A stretch of DNA of 64,000 bases, taken from contig CBDAOB010000005.1 in NCBI GenBank assembly GCA_965197905.1, positions 2,464,001 to 2,528,000 on the forward strand. The letters run 5' to 3'. Origin of the DNA: Candidatus Latescibacterota bacterium (GTDB lineage Bacteria > Latescibacterota > UBA2968 > UBA8231). Under the pieces are notes generated by a model. That model worked only from the letters and a program-made list of their open reading frames with translations. It did no database searches and was not told the origin of the DNA. Positions 31,744 to 41,858 of the stretch are shown here, in pieces. Position 1 is the stretch's first letter; the number at the start of each line of letters is the position of its first letter. The position numbers and the translations under genes are program-made.

Positions 31744-32076
31744 TTAAACCTGCATCCTGATGAGTTCCTGGTATCCCTCAAGAACTCGATTGCGAATCTC
31801 CAACATTAAATCCAGAGCCACTCCTGCTTCTTCCACCGCTACCATCACCTGGTGAACGTCGGCCGCCTCACCGGTGACGAGCATGTCAATGGCGTGCCCT
31901 GCCTGAAACTGCATGTTGTTCACATCCGCGGCGAAATCTTTTACGAGGTCGCCGAAACTCGGTTTTTCGGATCGGGCGGCGTCGGTATCTGCAACCTTAT
32001 TTTCCGGGCGTATCTGGACCGTGCGGGACGAGGTCTCGCCGCGGCCGGTGAAATCCCGTATCGACTCAACTGCCAT
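31744..32076 (-). CDS. fliE: Hook-basal body protein FliE
   Basis: SFGDL, DVHQVMVA.EEA..ALDLMLEIRNRVLEGYQELIRMQV. Confidence 0.95.
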   Translation of the reverse strand: MAVESIRDFTGRGETSSRTVQIRPENKVADTDAARSEKPSFGDLVKDFAADVNNMQFQAGHAIDMLVTGEAADVHQVMVAVEEAGVALDLMLEIRNRVLEGYQELIRMQV

Positions 32077-32692
32077 GATTGCTTGGCTCCCGACTCGCAC
32101 CGAGAAAACGTCGGATTCGAAGAACCCGGGGAACGTACTCCTGGGTCTCCAACGGCATGAACTCCCGCTCTACTGCCGTCGGACCCGCGTTATAAGCCCA
32201 CAGCGCTACCTCGACCGATTGGAAACGGTCCAGCATCTCGCGCAGATAGCGCGTTCCGGATGAGATGTTGGTCTCAGGATCAAACCGTTCCTCAGCGCCT
32301 AACTCGACGAACGACTGGGGCATGAGCTGCATCAGCCCGCTGGCCCCCTTTGGAGACACGGCACGAGGATTTCCGCCTGATTCGACGTATATCACGGCGC
32401 GCACCAGATCGGGGTCCAGCTCGTGAATCTCGCTGTACCCGTCAACCAGGTCGTGAAATTGTGCTATCCGGTGAAGGATGGTGCGGTTCAACTCGGTTGC
32501 CACCACTCGATTCGGCGTTGGTGCCGTTTTGACCGACGGGCGGGCTTTGGTGCTGCGACTGAGAATGCTGCTTGCCGTCGTTTGCTCGAAGCTACGAGCC
32601 AGAATGACCCTCTGCGGCGTGTCCCTGGCCCAACCCACGCAACAGGGCAGGAGAAGCGACAGGGAGACAATAATCTTCGGCAGGATTTTCAC
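32066..32692 (-). CDS. Lytic transglycosylase (SLT domain), probable flagellar peptidoglycan hydrolase
   Basis: AVIYVESG, GASGLMQLMP, AYNAGP, ETQEYV; signal-peptide-like N-terminus; start uncertain. Confidence 0.9.
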   Translation of the reverse strand: MKILPKIIVSLSLLLPCCVGWARDTPQRVILARSFEQTTASSILSRSTKARPSVKTAPTPNRVVATELNRTILHRIAQFHDLVDGYSEIHELDPDLVRAVIYVESGGNPRAVSPKGASGLMQLMPQSFVELGAEERFDPETNISSGTRYLREMLDRFQSVEVALWAYNAGPTAVEREFMPLETQEYVPRVLRIRRFLGASREPSNHGS

Positions 32693-32703
32693 GATTGCTC
32701 GAC

Positions 32704-33045
32704 CTATCCTATCCAATCCACTAGGCGTCCGTGCGCGGCAGAGAACCCTTGTCCGGCGTTTCTGCCGGAGAGGTCATATGTCTTCGCCTGCGTCGGTTCT
32801 TCCTGCCCTGCGGCGCCCTCATCCTGAGATCCAAAGTATTGGACCAGCGAAAGAGCCTCTTCGTCGGTCAACTGAGCCTGAAGAGCTGGCGTCGAGGTGA
32901 TCTGGGAAGGCACTTCGGCCGCGCGATTCGCGTCAACTCGGTTGTTGGGCTGAACACCGCGGTCGCTGACCGTCAGATCCACTTTCCGTGGACCTACTGC
33001 CGTTTTGGCTTCTTCGATCCCTGATGTTATGCCGTTGATGTTCAC
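32704..33045 (-). CDS. Hypothetical protein between flgC and the SLT gene
   Basis: RBS GGGAGA, GTG start, C-terminal GRLVDWIG. Confidence 0.6.
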   Translation of the reverse strand: MNINGITSGIEEAKTAVGPRKVDLTVSDRGVQPNNRVDANRAAEVPSQITSTPALQAQLTDEEALSLVQYFGSQDEGAAGQEEPTQAKTYDLSGRNAGQGFSAAHGRLVDWIG

Positions 33046-33065
33046 CGTGTTCTCCCGTTGATCAC

Positions 33066-33557
33066 CTAGATGTCAAGCGACCTGTTGACCATGTCCTTGG
33101 CCGCGTTCATGACGGTAATGTTGGCTTCGTATGCTCTGGAGGCGGCAATCATGTCCACCATCTCCGTTATGGCGTTGACGTCCGGATACATGACATATCC
33201 GTCCTCCCGCGCGTCGGGATGGTTGGGGTCGAACACCATGCGCGGTTTGATCGGCTCTTCCCTGACTTCCTGCGAAAGCACGCCGGATCCGGTAAAGAAT
33301 TCGCCGGGCCGGGGGTCGCCTTCCAACAGGTGCCTATCACTGGTCTGGCGCAACCGGCTTTTCGAGGTCTCGAGCATGGTCGAAAACTTGCTCAGCTTGG
33401 GCGCCTCGAGCATGACGACGCGACGCCGCTTGTACGGGCCCCCTTCGTCTGTACGGGTTGTGTCGACGTTGGCGATATTCGACGCGATCGCGGTCATCTT
33501 GCGCCGCTGTGCGCTCAGGCCGGATGCGCTGATATCGAGTGTGTCAAAAATCTGCAT
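33066..33557 (-). CDS. flgC: Basal-body rod protein FlgC
   Basis: SASGLSAQR, NIANVDTTR..GGPYKRR, DPNHPDA, RAYEAN. Confidence 0.97.
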   Translation of the reverse strand: MQIFDTLDISASGLSAQRRKMTAIASNIANVDTTRTDEGGPYKRRRVVMLEAPKLSKFSTMLETSKSRLRQTSDRHLLEGDPRPGEFFTGSGVLSQEVREEPIKPRMVFDPNHPDAREDGYVMYPDVNAITEMVDMIAASRAYEANITVMNAAKDMVNRSLDI

Positions 33558-33584
33558 GAGTATTCCTCGTCTGTTTCGGTCTGC

Positions 33585-33998
33585 TTATCCCGGACGTCCG
33601 ACGATGCTCTTCTTGAGCCCGTTGAAGCTGCCGGCAAGCAGGCGAGCTCCAACGTTGAAGAACAGGTGATTCTCGGCGAGCGTGGCCATTTCTTTGTCCA
33701 CGTCGACATTATTCAGGCCGCCGTCGTTCAGTTCGGATTCGGGTTCAAATACTTCCGGATTGTTGATCGGTCGAGGGATGGCGATGTGCCGTGAGTCGGA
33801 GGTGTGGCCCTCCACCAGCGGTTTGCGCACGTAGGAATCGAGATACTCTTGAAATCGCACACGCTGGACGCGGTATCCCTTCGTCGACACGTTGGCGATG
33901 TTGTTGGCAATCACCCGTTGCCGCAACTGGGACACGTCGAGCACCGCGTTGAGAACCGGCACCTTCGTCTTGTTAAACAGAACTTTGTCTAGAAACAT
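33585..33998 (-). CDS. flgB: Basal-body rod protein FlgB
   Basis: RQRVIANNIANVSTKGY, NNVDVDKEM. Confidence 0.95.
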   Translation of the reverse strand: MFLDKVLFNKTKVPVLNAVLDVSQLRQRVIANNIANVSTKGYRVQRVRFQEYLDSYVRKPLVEGHTSDSRHIAIPRPINNPEVFEPESELNDGGLNNVDVDKEMATLAENHLFFNVGARLLAGSFNGLKKSIVGRPG

Positions 33999-34054
33999 CT
34001 TCGCCTCCGCGAGCCTCTCGCACAGTTCCGCACACTAAACTGGCTTGCAGTTGA

Positions 34055-34069
34055 GCAATACCCATGCCT
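34055..34069 (-). promoter_or_regulatory. sigma54 (-24/-12) promoter of the flgB operon
   Basis: AGGCATGGGTATTGC, GG-N10-GC, 57 nt upstream of flgB; AT-rich IHF-like tract at ~34085-34115. Confidence 0.7.
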
Positions 34070-34287
34070 TTTTGCCCTTCTGTCGTTGTAAGATATTGTA
34101 ACTGATAGGTTTACAGAGGCACTAATCGGCGGAGCGGCCTTGAAAACGGATCGAGAGAAGGAAGTTTGAACGGGGTTAAAGGAGTGGTGGGGAAACTTTT
34201 ACCAGGAGGTCTCTCCCTGGGGCTAAACGAGGCCGAACCGTTTTAAAGGGGGGCGTTGGGGCCCCTGCGGCGACGAATTGATGTGTC

Positions 34288-35262
34288 TCAGTCGCGCGCG
34301 GAATCCGCTCCGCTGACTGGCGGGCCACCGCTTCTTCCCTGGTGGACCCGTGCCAGCATGTCGCCCAGCAGACCGGTTGAAAACAGCTGGATTCCAACGA
34401 TGATCAGCAGAACACCTAGAATAAGGAGGGGATGTCGGTTCTGGATGTTCCCATGCTCGAACCGGAGGAAAGCGATGTATCCGCAAATGGCGACGCCACC
34501 GAATGTAGACAGCAACCCCAGGCTGCCGAAAAGGTGCATCGGTGTAGACATAAATCGGACGACGAAGGTGATGGAAAGCAGATCCAGAAAGCCGTTGAGC
34601 AGGCGCCTGGTACCGAACTTCGAGCGGCCGAATCTCCGTTTGCGATGTTGGACGGGAATCTCCCCCACCCGATATCCCGCCCAGTGGGCGATGGCGGGCA
34701 GATAGCGATACAACTCCCCGTAGAGATAGGGCAGCGCGTCTTCAGCAACCTCCCGACGATACGCTTTCAATCCACAATTGAAGTCGTGCAGGCGCAAGCC
34801 CGACACCATGGAGGTGACCCGATTGAACAGCTTGGAGGGGGCCGTTTTGGTAATCGGATCCTGCCGGTTTTTCTTCCATCCCGAGACCAGATCGAATCCG
34901 TCGTCGAGCTTGCTCAACAGGCTCGGGATTTCTTTTGGATCATCTTGGAGATCGGCATCCATGGTGACGACTACGTCGCCCCTCGCTTCTCTGAATCCGG
35001 CCGCCAATGCCGCCGCCTTGCGGTAGTTGCGGCGGAAACGAATAAGGCGGACAAAATCGTAGCGCTCGCTCAAACGCTCCAATACGGAGAATGAGTCGTC
35101 GCGGCTGCCATCGTCAACGAAGATCACCTCAGCGTCGAGCTCGAGAGTCCGCAGCACCTCGTCGAGCTCAGCACAGAGGACCTCCAGACTTTCTTCCTCT
35201 TCAAAAACCGGAACAACAACTGAAAGCGCCAGTTCCGCGGCAGAACCCCGTAGCTCACTCAT
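34288..35262 (-). CDS. GT2 glycosyltransferase (ArnC/DPM-like, undecaprenyl-phosphate type)
   Basis: VDDGSRD, MDADLQDDP, HDFNCGLKAY, two C-terminal TMs. Confidence 0.92.
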   Translation of the reverse strand: MSELRGSAAELALSVVVPVFEEEESLEVLCAELDEVLRTLELDAEVIFVDDGSRDDSFSVLERLSERYDFVRLIRFRRNYRKAAALAAGFREARGDVVVTMDADLQDDPKEIPSLLSKLDDGFDLVSGWKKNRQDPITKTAPSKLFNRVTSMVSGLRLHDFNCGLKAYRREVAEDALPYLYGELYRYLPAIAHWAGYRVGEIPVQHRKRRFGRSKFGTRRLLNGFLDLLSITFVVRFMSTPMHLFGSLGLLSTFGGVAICGYIAFLRFEHGNIQNRHPLLILGVLLIIVGIQLFSTGLLGDMLARVHQGRSGGPPVSGADSARD

Positions 35263-37459
35263 GGGTGGTTTTTTTCACCTGAATGGACCGAGCCAATTTC
35301 TTGAGCCTTCCGTTTTTCGGATCCTGGGCCAGAGCCGCTTCCACCGCATCCTGGGCGGCATCGAGGTTGCCTTCTACCAGATGAACATGGGCCAGGTTCG
35401 CCTGCCATTCGGAAGCGTTCTCCGGGGCCCAGTTCAAGGCGCGATTCAGTGACTCCTTTGCCTCCGAATATTGACCTAGAGCCAAATAAACGCCACCAAG
35501 ATTCCCTTGAACCACTCCGTCGCGCGGGCGCAACGTGGCCGCGCGACTCAGTACAGAAAGCGCCTCTTCCAGCTTTCCGGCCTGCGCGTACTCGAACCCC
35601 AAACTCCCGACGAGGGAGGGATCTTCCCGTCTGAACGAAAGCGCCTGTTTCCAAACATCGATAGCCTCCAGGTGTTTGCCGTTTCCACGTCGGGCCAGTG
35701 CCAGGAGCCGGTAAGCCTCCACATCCAGCGGACGGAATCGCGTCAGATGTTTCATCAGGTCTTCCGCGTCGCCGATGTCTCCCAATTTGAAAAGCGACTC
35801 GCCCAACAGCTGCAGCGCAACGGCATTCTTGGGATGAAGCTGCAAACTGCGATGCAGAGCATCCCTCGCGTCCGCATGCCTCCCCATCGCCAACTCGACC
35901 TGACCCAGCATGCGATGATACCTGTGGTCATAGTCGCGCCAATCGATCGCCCTCTCGAAAGCGAGCTTGGCGCGATTGGCATGCCGATCTTGAATGTAGC
36001 TTTTCAAACCTCGCAAATAATAGTGATCTCCCATGATTATGGACAAACACCTGTGGGAACCCGCAAACAGCACGGTAGCAGCCAGCGCGGCCAACGCGAG
36101 TCGAGGACCGAAAGAAAGCTGCTTGCTGACGCGAGGAGATTCACCACTCCGGCTGGCCGCAAGCAACAGGCCCGCAAACAGGTAGAAGTGAGTCGCGGCG
36201 GTGGGATCCTGCAAGGTGAAGCTGAACAGGTTGTGGCCGAGCACGCCGATCATGGCCGCCTGGCAGCCAAGCACGACCAGCCGTGCAGGGTTCGCGGCCC
36301 TCCTTCTCACAATCGCCCCACCGGCCCAGATCAAGCTGCCCAGCATCCAAAGGAATGCCCCCAGGCCGACGATCCCGGTCTCGGCGGCCTGTTCCAGGTA
36401 TTCGTTGTGAGCGCGGTAGGCGATGTGCTGACGATCTCCCATCAGCTCGCTCCATTCCCGGTGTCGCGCCACGGACCTGTGGGAAGGGAGATGCAGCTCG
36501 AAGTTGCCCGGCCCGGTCCCAAGCAAGAGTCTGGACCGTATCAGGTCCACCGAGTCTGACCAAATGATTCGGCGCATCGCGATGGAGAAATCGTCGCGGT
36601 CGAACGCCGACTGCGCCCGCTGCCAGGCGTCGCGGGCGATATACTCGAACCGCTGGCTCAGTCGGTCGCCAGAGCTGAGCGTGATTTCTCGGCTGCCCAA
36701 CCAGAGCCCGGGGGCCAACAGCGCCATGACCAGAGCGCTTCTAGCCAGGATCGGTAGGATTCTGATGTCCCGCCTTGTGGCGATCAGGATGAAAAGCAGG
36801 GACAGTGCCGCCACCGCCCATCCAGCTCTGCTGCGCGTTATCAATAGATGGAAAGAGGCGAAAAGAATGGTCGAGGACAGCCAAACCTTTGCCCAGGTCG
36901 AACGCGAGTGGAGGAGCAGCACCGCCACCACCGGGAGTACCATACACAGATAGTGTGCCACGAAGTTGGGGTTTCCGAGAGTGGAAACAGGATGATCCCC
37001 ATACGCGGCGGGAAGGGGAATGAGATGAATTCCGAAGTACTGCAGCAGCCCGAGGAAAGCGACTGCATGGCCAACCAACGACACGATCCAGAGTATTCCG
37101 GCGATCTCTCCCACCCCGCGAACACTGTTGGCCACAACCAGGCAGAAAACCAGCAGGCTTACTTGAGCCGCCAGGATTTCCAACGACAACGCCCCGTTCT
37201 GTGCCAAAAGCATGCAGAGCAAGGAGACGCACCCAAAGGCGAGCATAGGCAGATGCGCCTGAAAAGTCACCCATTCAAGGCGTCGGTCCAGAATCCAGCC
37301 AACGAGCAGAAGGCAGAGCAACAAACCGCCGCCGGCGTAGATTGCGGCTTTCTTCGCAATCATGTAGTCGCTGAGGCCGTCCGAGTAAGGTAGGGTCGTA
37401 GCGGCGAGCACTAGGGGAATACCGACCCACACGATACCCCGGCGCATGCGCTCCGCCAT
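35255..37459 (-). CDS. O-antigen ligase (Wzy_C) family protein with C-terminal TPR repeats
   Basis: TLGNPNF, TRSRAGW, GTGPGNF, RAHNEYLE..AETGIVG, followed by TPRs; ATG at 37459. Confidence 0.85.
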   Translation of the reverse strand: MAERMRRGIVWVGIPLVLAATTLPYSDGLSDYMIAKKAAIYAGGGLLLCLLLVGWILDRRLEWVTFQAHLPMLAFGCVSLLCMLLAQNGALSLEILAAQVSLLVFCLVVANSVRGVGEIAGILWIVSLVGHAVAFLGLLQYFGIHLIPLPAAYGDHPVSTLGNPNFVAHYLCMVLPVVAVLLLHSRSTWAKVWLSSTILFASFHLLITRSRAGWAVAALSLLFILIATRRDIRILPILARSALVMALLAPGLWLGSREITLSSGDRLSQRFEYIARDAWQRAQSAFDRDDFSIAMRRIIWSDSVDLIRSRLLLGTGPGNFELHLPSHRSVARHREWSELMGDRQHIAYRAHNEYLEQAAETGIVGLGAFLWMLGSLIWAGGAIVRRRAANPARLVVLGCQAAMIGVLGHNLFSFTLQDPTAATHFYLFAGLLLAASRSGESPRVSKQLSFGPRLALAALAATVLFAGSHRCLSIIMGDHYYLRGLKSYIQDRHANRAKLAFERAIDWRDYDHRYHRMLGQVELAMGRHADARDALHRSLQLHPKNAVALQLLGESLFKLGDIGDAEDLMKHLTRFRPLDVEAYRLLALARRGNGKHLEAIDVWKQALSFRREDPSLVGSLGFEYAQAGKLEEALSVLSRAATLRPRDGVVQGNLGGVYLALGQYSEAKESLNRALNWAPENASEWQANLAHVHLVEGNLDAAQDAVEAALAQDPKNGRLKKLARSIQVKKTTHE

Positions 37460-39990
37460 CAGGCTACCTCTCTGTGAGATTGAACCGGGTGCGAAGGGCG
37501 CAGCACGAAACGGACGAGCAGCAACCCCAGACCCCCGGAAACGATGTTGAGCTTGACATCCTTGAGTTCGAAGTAGCGGTCCGGCAACACCCACTGAATC
37601 GTCTCGTCGCCAAATCCGATTATTGCCGTTACAAGAAAGCTCACGACATATGCCCTGCCGTGATTCATGTGGAGGGCGAGAGCTCGAAAGAGGAAAAAAC
37701 TCACGAACCCGTACTCCACGAGATGCAGCCTTTCGGCGGGATACACCGCAAATCGGTTCAGCAGGTAAGCGTAGGCCAAGACAACGAGCGACAGCACCAC
37801 TCCCGATGACCAGGGATGCCGGCTCAGAGATCGCCAGGAACCGACTGTGGCGCCCAGTACGGCTGCGGCTACTGCCACGATCCCGAGATACCTAACGGCA
37901 CCTTCGGTGTATTCGTTCAAGACCCCCCACACCAGGGGCAACAGCGGAATCGTGGCAAAAACGAAGGCGAGGTAACAAACGACGGCCAACCAGGCTAGTG
38001 ACTTTTTTCTGCCCAACCTCGCGAAGGTAGGCTGGAGAATCGCCGCCACGATCGCCAACAACAGCGCGTACGCGGCGATGTCGGAAACCGGCACCGAACC
38101 CGCCCAAAGCAGAAGATCAAGGAAACCCTTTCCCAACCCCACAACGAGATCGATGGAAACAGACGTCATATGCCTAAGAGTTCCAGGCATCGAGATCAGG
38201 GTCGACCAGAACGAAACTGCAGCCGGTCCAGCGGCCGTCGGAACCAGGTGAAAGGTCACCCATGCACTCTTGGCACCGGGTCTGTTCTGCTGATAAACGC
38301 GAAATTTGAACGGATTGTAGAGCGCGAGGGAATTCCAGAAGGTCTCCTGATAGGGACCGTAACCCGGCGACGCGTTCGACACCTCCAGCTCACCTTCGAG
38401 ATGGTATGCCGCATGGCCTACTACGTACTCGATTACGTACGCGGCTCGCGGCTCCCCCGTCCAGTGCAGCTGAATGGTATACTCCTCTCCGCGATACCGC
38501 AGGCTGTCGCCCTGGGTTGGGAACAAGATCTGCGGGGGACCTTCGGTTGCGCCGGAAGGCCAAGCACCTGTTGCGCTCTTTCCTTCCCCCGCATCTTCGG
38601 TCGCGCTCGAGGTACGCGGCTGAGCAGCAAAGCCCCAGTGGTGCAGTCGCGTCCGCAGGCTGTCGGCAACGTCGGGGAAATCGGACTTGACGTCCTCGCT
38701 CTCATACGGATCGGCCCCAAGGTCGAAAAGGGTGAATTCCTCTTCCTCCACGCTGTGCACCAGCTTCCAGCGGTCGGTGCGCACAGCTCGGTAGCGCCGT
38801 TTGTACTGTTCGGGATTCGCCGTGTACCCCCCACCCGAGGTTTCGACGAAGACCGGGCGCTGACGCCAACCCCTGCTGCGGTTGATCAGGGGCATAAGCG
38901 ACTGCCCCGGCAACCCGGAAGGCTGAGCAAGGTCCAGCAGGTCGAGGACGGTAGGGACGATATCGATATTTTGGACCAGCTCCTCTATCACCACGCCTTC
39001 ATTGATGACGCCGGGATACCACAGGAGAAGAGGGATGCGGATCACCTCGTCGTACAACCGGCCCTCTTGGTAGGTAGACACATGGCCCACGAGGCCGTGG
39101 TCCACTAACTCTTCACCGTGATCGGCGGAAACGATCACCAGGGTGTTTTCGGCGAGGGCCAACCCCTCCAGTGTCTTCCGAAGCCGTTTGAAAAACAGCT
39201 GATCCAAACGCCTGATCTCACCGTCGTACAGGGCCTCCACCCACGGCCTGTCCAGGGACCCGAAGTCCAGATCGCCGCGCAGAATCATCACGTTTTTCTT
39301 GACCAGATCGATCTTTTCCCGCGCTAGGAACCAGCGGATCCGACCCCATATGCCCAGCGGAGAATCAAACGCCGCAGGCAAGAACATTTCTTCGAAGGGC
39401 GAGCCCGGCGCATACGGAAGATGCAGATCACGGTAATGGTAGTAGAGAAAGAAAGGCCCATTGTGGGCCTCGCCTTCCAACCATTTGAAGAGTATCTCGT
39501 CTCCGTCCGGCAGGTAGCGAGCGCGAGCGGGGTACGACTCCAGACCGAGATTGCTGAAATTGGGAATGCCGCTCAGAAAAAAGATATCCGGAGCGCGATA
39601 CCCGGCCCTCCGCAGCAACTCGGGCAGGGTTTCGACCGCCTCATCGAGGCGTCTCCCTCGAATGTCGACCCCGTGGGTAGGGGCGTAGAGACCGGTGAGG
39701 ATGGAGATCAATCCGGGAGTGGTCCAGCCCGAACTGCTGAACGCCTGTTTGAAAAAGGCACCTTCGCGACTGAACCGATCCAGATGCGGGGTGGTCTCTT
39801 TTTCGTATCCGTAGTAGCCAATGTGGTCGGGTCGGAAGGTATCTACTGTTATGAGGATGATGTTGGGTCGGGGTGGCTCTGGCGAATCCGTCGCGATGAG
39901 CGATGCGGGCGCGGCCGCGATCGCGACGCCGATGAGCCACGGACCGACCCTAGCAGCCCGAATGGCTTTTCGCCACTGGCTGCTAGGCAA
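37459..39990 (-). CDS. Sulfatase/alkaline-phosphatase-superfamily protein fused to a C-terminal VanZ-like membrane domain
   Basis: PNIILITVDTFRPDH, SADHGEE, RIPLL; C-terminal ERLHLVEYG...DETIQWVLPDRYFELKDV..N. Confidence 0.85.
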   Translation of the reverse strand: MPSSQWRKAIRAARVGPWLIGVAIAAAPASLIATDSPEPPRPNIILITVDTFRPDHIGYYGYEKETTPHLDRFSREGAFFKQAFSSSGWTTPGLISILTGLYAPTHGVDIRGRRLDEAVETLPELLRRAGYRAPDIFFLSGIPNFSNLGLESYPARARYLPDGDEILFKWLEGEAHNGPFFLYYHYRDLHLPYAPGSPFEEMFLPAAFDSPLGIWGRIRWFLAREKIDLVKKNVMILRGDLDFGSLDRPWVEALYDGEIRRLDQLFFKRLRKTLEGLALAENTLVIVSADHGEELVDHGLVGHVSTYQEGRLYDEVIRIPLLLWYPGVINEGVVIEELVQNIDIVPTVLDLLDLAQPSGLPGQSLMPLINRSRGWRQRPVFVETSGGGYTANPEQYKRRYRAVRTDRWKLVHSVEEEEFTLFDLGADPYESEDVKSDFPDVADSLRTRLHHWGFAAQPRTSSATEDAGEGKSATGAWPSGATEGPPQILFPTQGDSLRYRGEEYTIQLHWTGEPRAAYVIEYVVGHAAYHLEGELEVSNASPGYGPYQETFWNSLALYNPFKFRVYQQNRPGAKSAWVTFHLVPTAAGPAAVSFWSTLISMPGTLRHMTSVSIDLVVGLGKGFLDLLLWAGSVPVSDIAAYALLLAIVAAILQPTFARLGRKKSLAWLAVVCYLAFVFATIPLLPLVWGVLNEYTEGAVRYLGIVAVAAAVLGATVGSWRSLSRHPWSSGVVLSLVVLAYAYLLNRFAVYPAERLHLVEYGFVSFFLFRALALHMNHGRAYVVSFLVTAIIGFGDETIQWVLPDRYFELKDVKLNIVSGGLGLLLVRFVLRPSHPVQSHREVA

Positions 39991-41005
39991 AGGCGGTATC
40001 CCTTCGTTCCACCCAGACCGCGATGACAGTCAATACCGCGACCGCGCTTCCGACAAGAAAGAGACCAATGAGATTTTCTCCGGCCTGGAACGACAAGGCA
40101 CCTGCGCCAAACAGGGAGGTCAACACCAGGGCCATGATGTCTACCCGGCCGTGACTCCAGCCCAGCTGGCTGAGCCGCTGATACAGGTGTTTCCGATGAC
40201 CCTTGAGAATGTTCTCCCGCCTCAAGGCGCGGCGCACCACCGTGTAACCGGTGTCGAACAGGTAGTAACCCAGAATTAGGGAGAATACCCAAAAGGGAAT
40301 GCCGGCCGCTTGTGCCAGAATCCCCATGACGGCGATCATGAATCCGAGAAACATCGAACCCACGTCGCCCATGAAGATGCGCGCCGGCGGAAGATTGAAC
40401 GCCAGAAATCCCAGGGCGCCGCAGCCGAGGACAAGGGGCAACAACCACAGGTCGGATTCCACCTGGCGGAAGAGCACCAGCGCAAAAAGGCTCATACAGA
40501 TGACCTGGCTGGCGGAGATCCCATCGATGCCATCCATGAAGTTGTAGACGTTGCAGATCGCCGCGATCCACAGGAGGGAAATAATCCAGCCGCTTCTCCC
40601 AAGGTGCGTGGCCGCATACATGGGAAGCTCGACCAGGTCGAACTGGGCACCTATCTGCACCCACACCCCACCGACTGCGAGCTGGACCGCTGCCTTTTCC
40701 CACACGCTAAGGGGACGGACGATGTCGTCCACCACCACCAGAGCGAGAACGGCGGTGCAGACCAAGAGCGGGAAGACCAGCTGTTCGAGCGCCGCGAACT
40801 GGGAGCTGCCGGTTGCCCAAGCGATGAGGAGGCCGGACCAGAAACCGGCCACGATGCCTAAGCCGCCGGCGGTGGGCATCGCCGTTTCGTGGGAGCTGTG
40901 TTCGCGCGGCTCGTCGAGTCCTCCAAAGATTCGAGCTAACTTGAGCACACTCCAGGTGGCTGCCAGGGAGGCGGCCAACGCTCCAACCGGAAGCATCCAG
41001 CTCAT
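39983..41005 (-). CDS. MraY/WecA-family (polyprenyl-phosphate HexNAc-1-P transferase) protein
   Basis: HSSH..MPTAGG, DD, NVYNFMDGIDG, IFMGDVGS, HRKHLYQRL. Confidence 0.92.
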   Translation of the reverse strand: MSWMLPVGALAASLAATWSVLKLARIFGGLDEPREHSSHETAMPTAGGLGIVAGFWSGLLIAWATGSSQFAALEQLVFPLLVCTAVLALVVVDDIVRPLSVWEKAAVQLAVGGVWVQIGAQFDLVELPMYAATHLGRSGWIISLLWIAAICNVYNFMDGIDGISASQVICMSLFALVLFRQVESDLWLLPLVLGCGALGFLAFNLPPARIFMGDVGSMFLGFMIAVMGILAQAAGIPFWVFSLILGYYLFDTGYTVVRRALRRENILKGHRKHLYQRLSQLGWSHGRVDIMALVLTSLFGAGALSFQAGENLIGLFLVGSAVAVLTVIAVWVERRDTAFA

Positions 41006-41858
41006 TCTCGAACCTCCCCAAGCCCGGTGGTGTAGATCCTCGCGAGGGCGTCGTTGAAACTGAGCGGTGCGAAATTGAAGTCCCGAACCGCCGCTTCGAT
41101 GGACGCGGTTTTGTCCTCCTGCAGACGCATCACCTGCTCCCTGTCTATCCCCGGCCGCAAGCCGAGCTTCCCCGCCAACTGGAGCGCCAGGGCGCAGAAC
41201 CTGGGGGGCAGATGAATCTTCACCGGATTCGTGCCCACCGCTGCTCCGACCAGATCGATCATTCGGTCGTATGATATCGGTTCGGGCCCTGCAATTTGGT
41301 AGGTCCCGCAAGAGGTGCTGAACAAAGCCGACAGCGCGACGTCGACGACGTCGTCTACGAAAATCGGCTGCTGCAGACCGCTACCGTCTCCGAACGCCGG
41401 GATGAATCGCCAGCGGTGCAGGTAAGCAGCCAAGCGGCTGACGTTGCGATCTTCCCCGGGGCCAAAAATCATCGAAGATTGTAAGATCGCTGAGGGCAGC
41501 CCAGAGGCAACAATCTGCTCCTCCCCCCTGATCACCATCTCGACGGTAACAGACGCCACCGTCGAGAAACGGCGGAGCTCAGTGCGACGACCCGATCCAG
41601 GTGGCGGTTTGCGCATTCGATCACGGTGGACGCGACCTGCATCCCCGCCAGATGTAGGATCCGGTCAACCCCTTCGAAACCGGCGCGGACCGAGTCCGCC
41701 TTCTCCAGATCGCCTATCCATACCTGGACCTGCATCCGCTCGAACAGCGTGCGCTGGCGCTCGGAGCGTACGAGGCATCGCACCGGGTGACGGTCGGCCA
41801 CCAGTCGCGATACCAGTCGCCGACCGGTGTACCCTGCCGCTCCGGTTACCAGAATCAT
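41002..41858 (-). pseudogene. NAD-dependent epimerase/dehydratase (SDR), frameshifted near 41575
   Basis: ILVTGAAGYTG Rossmann motif; continues in another frame as RRFSTV...MIFGPGEDRN...QPIFVDD. Confidence 0.8.
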
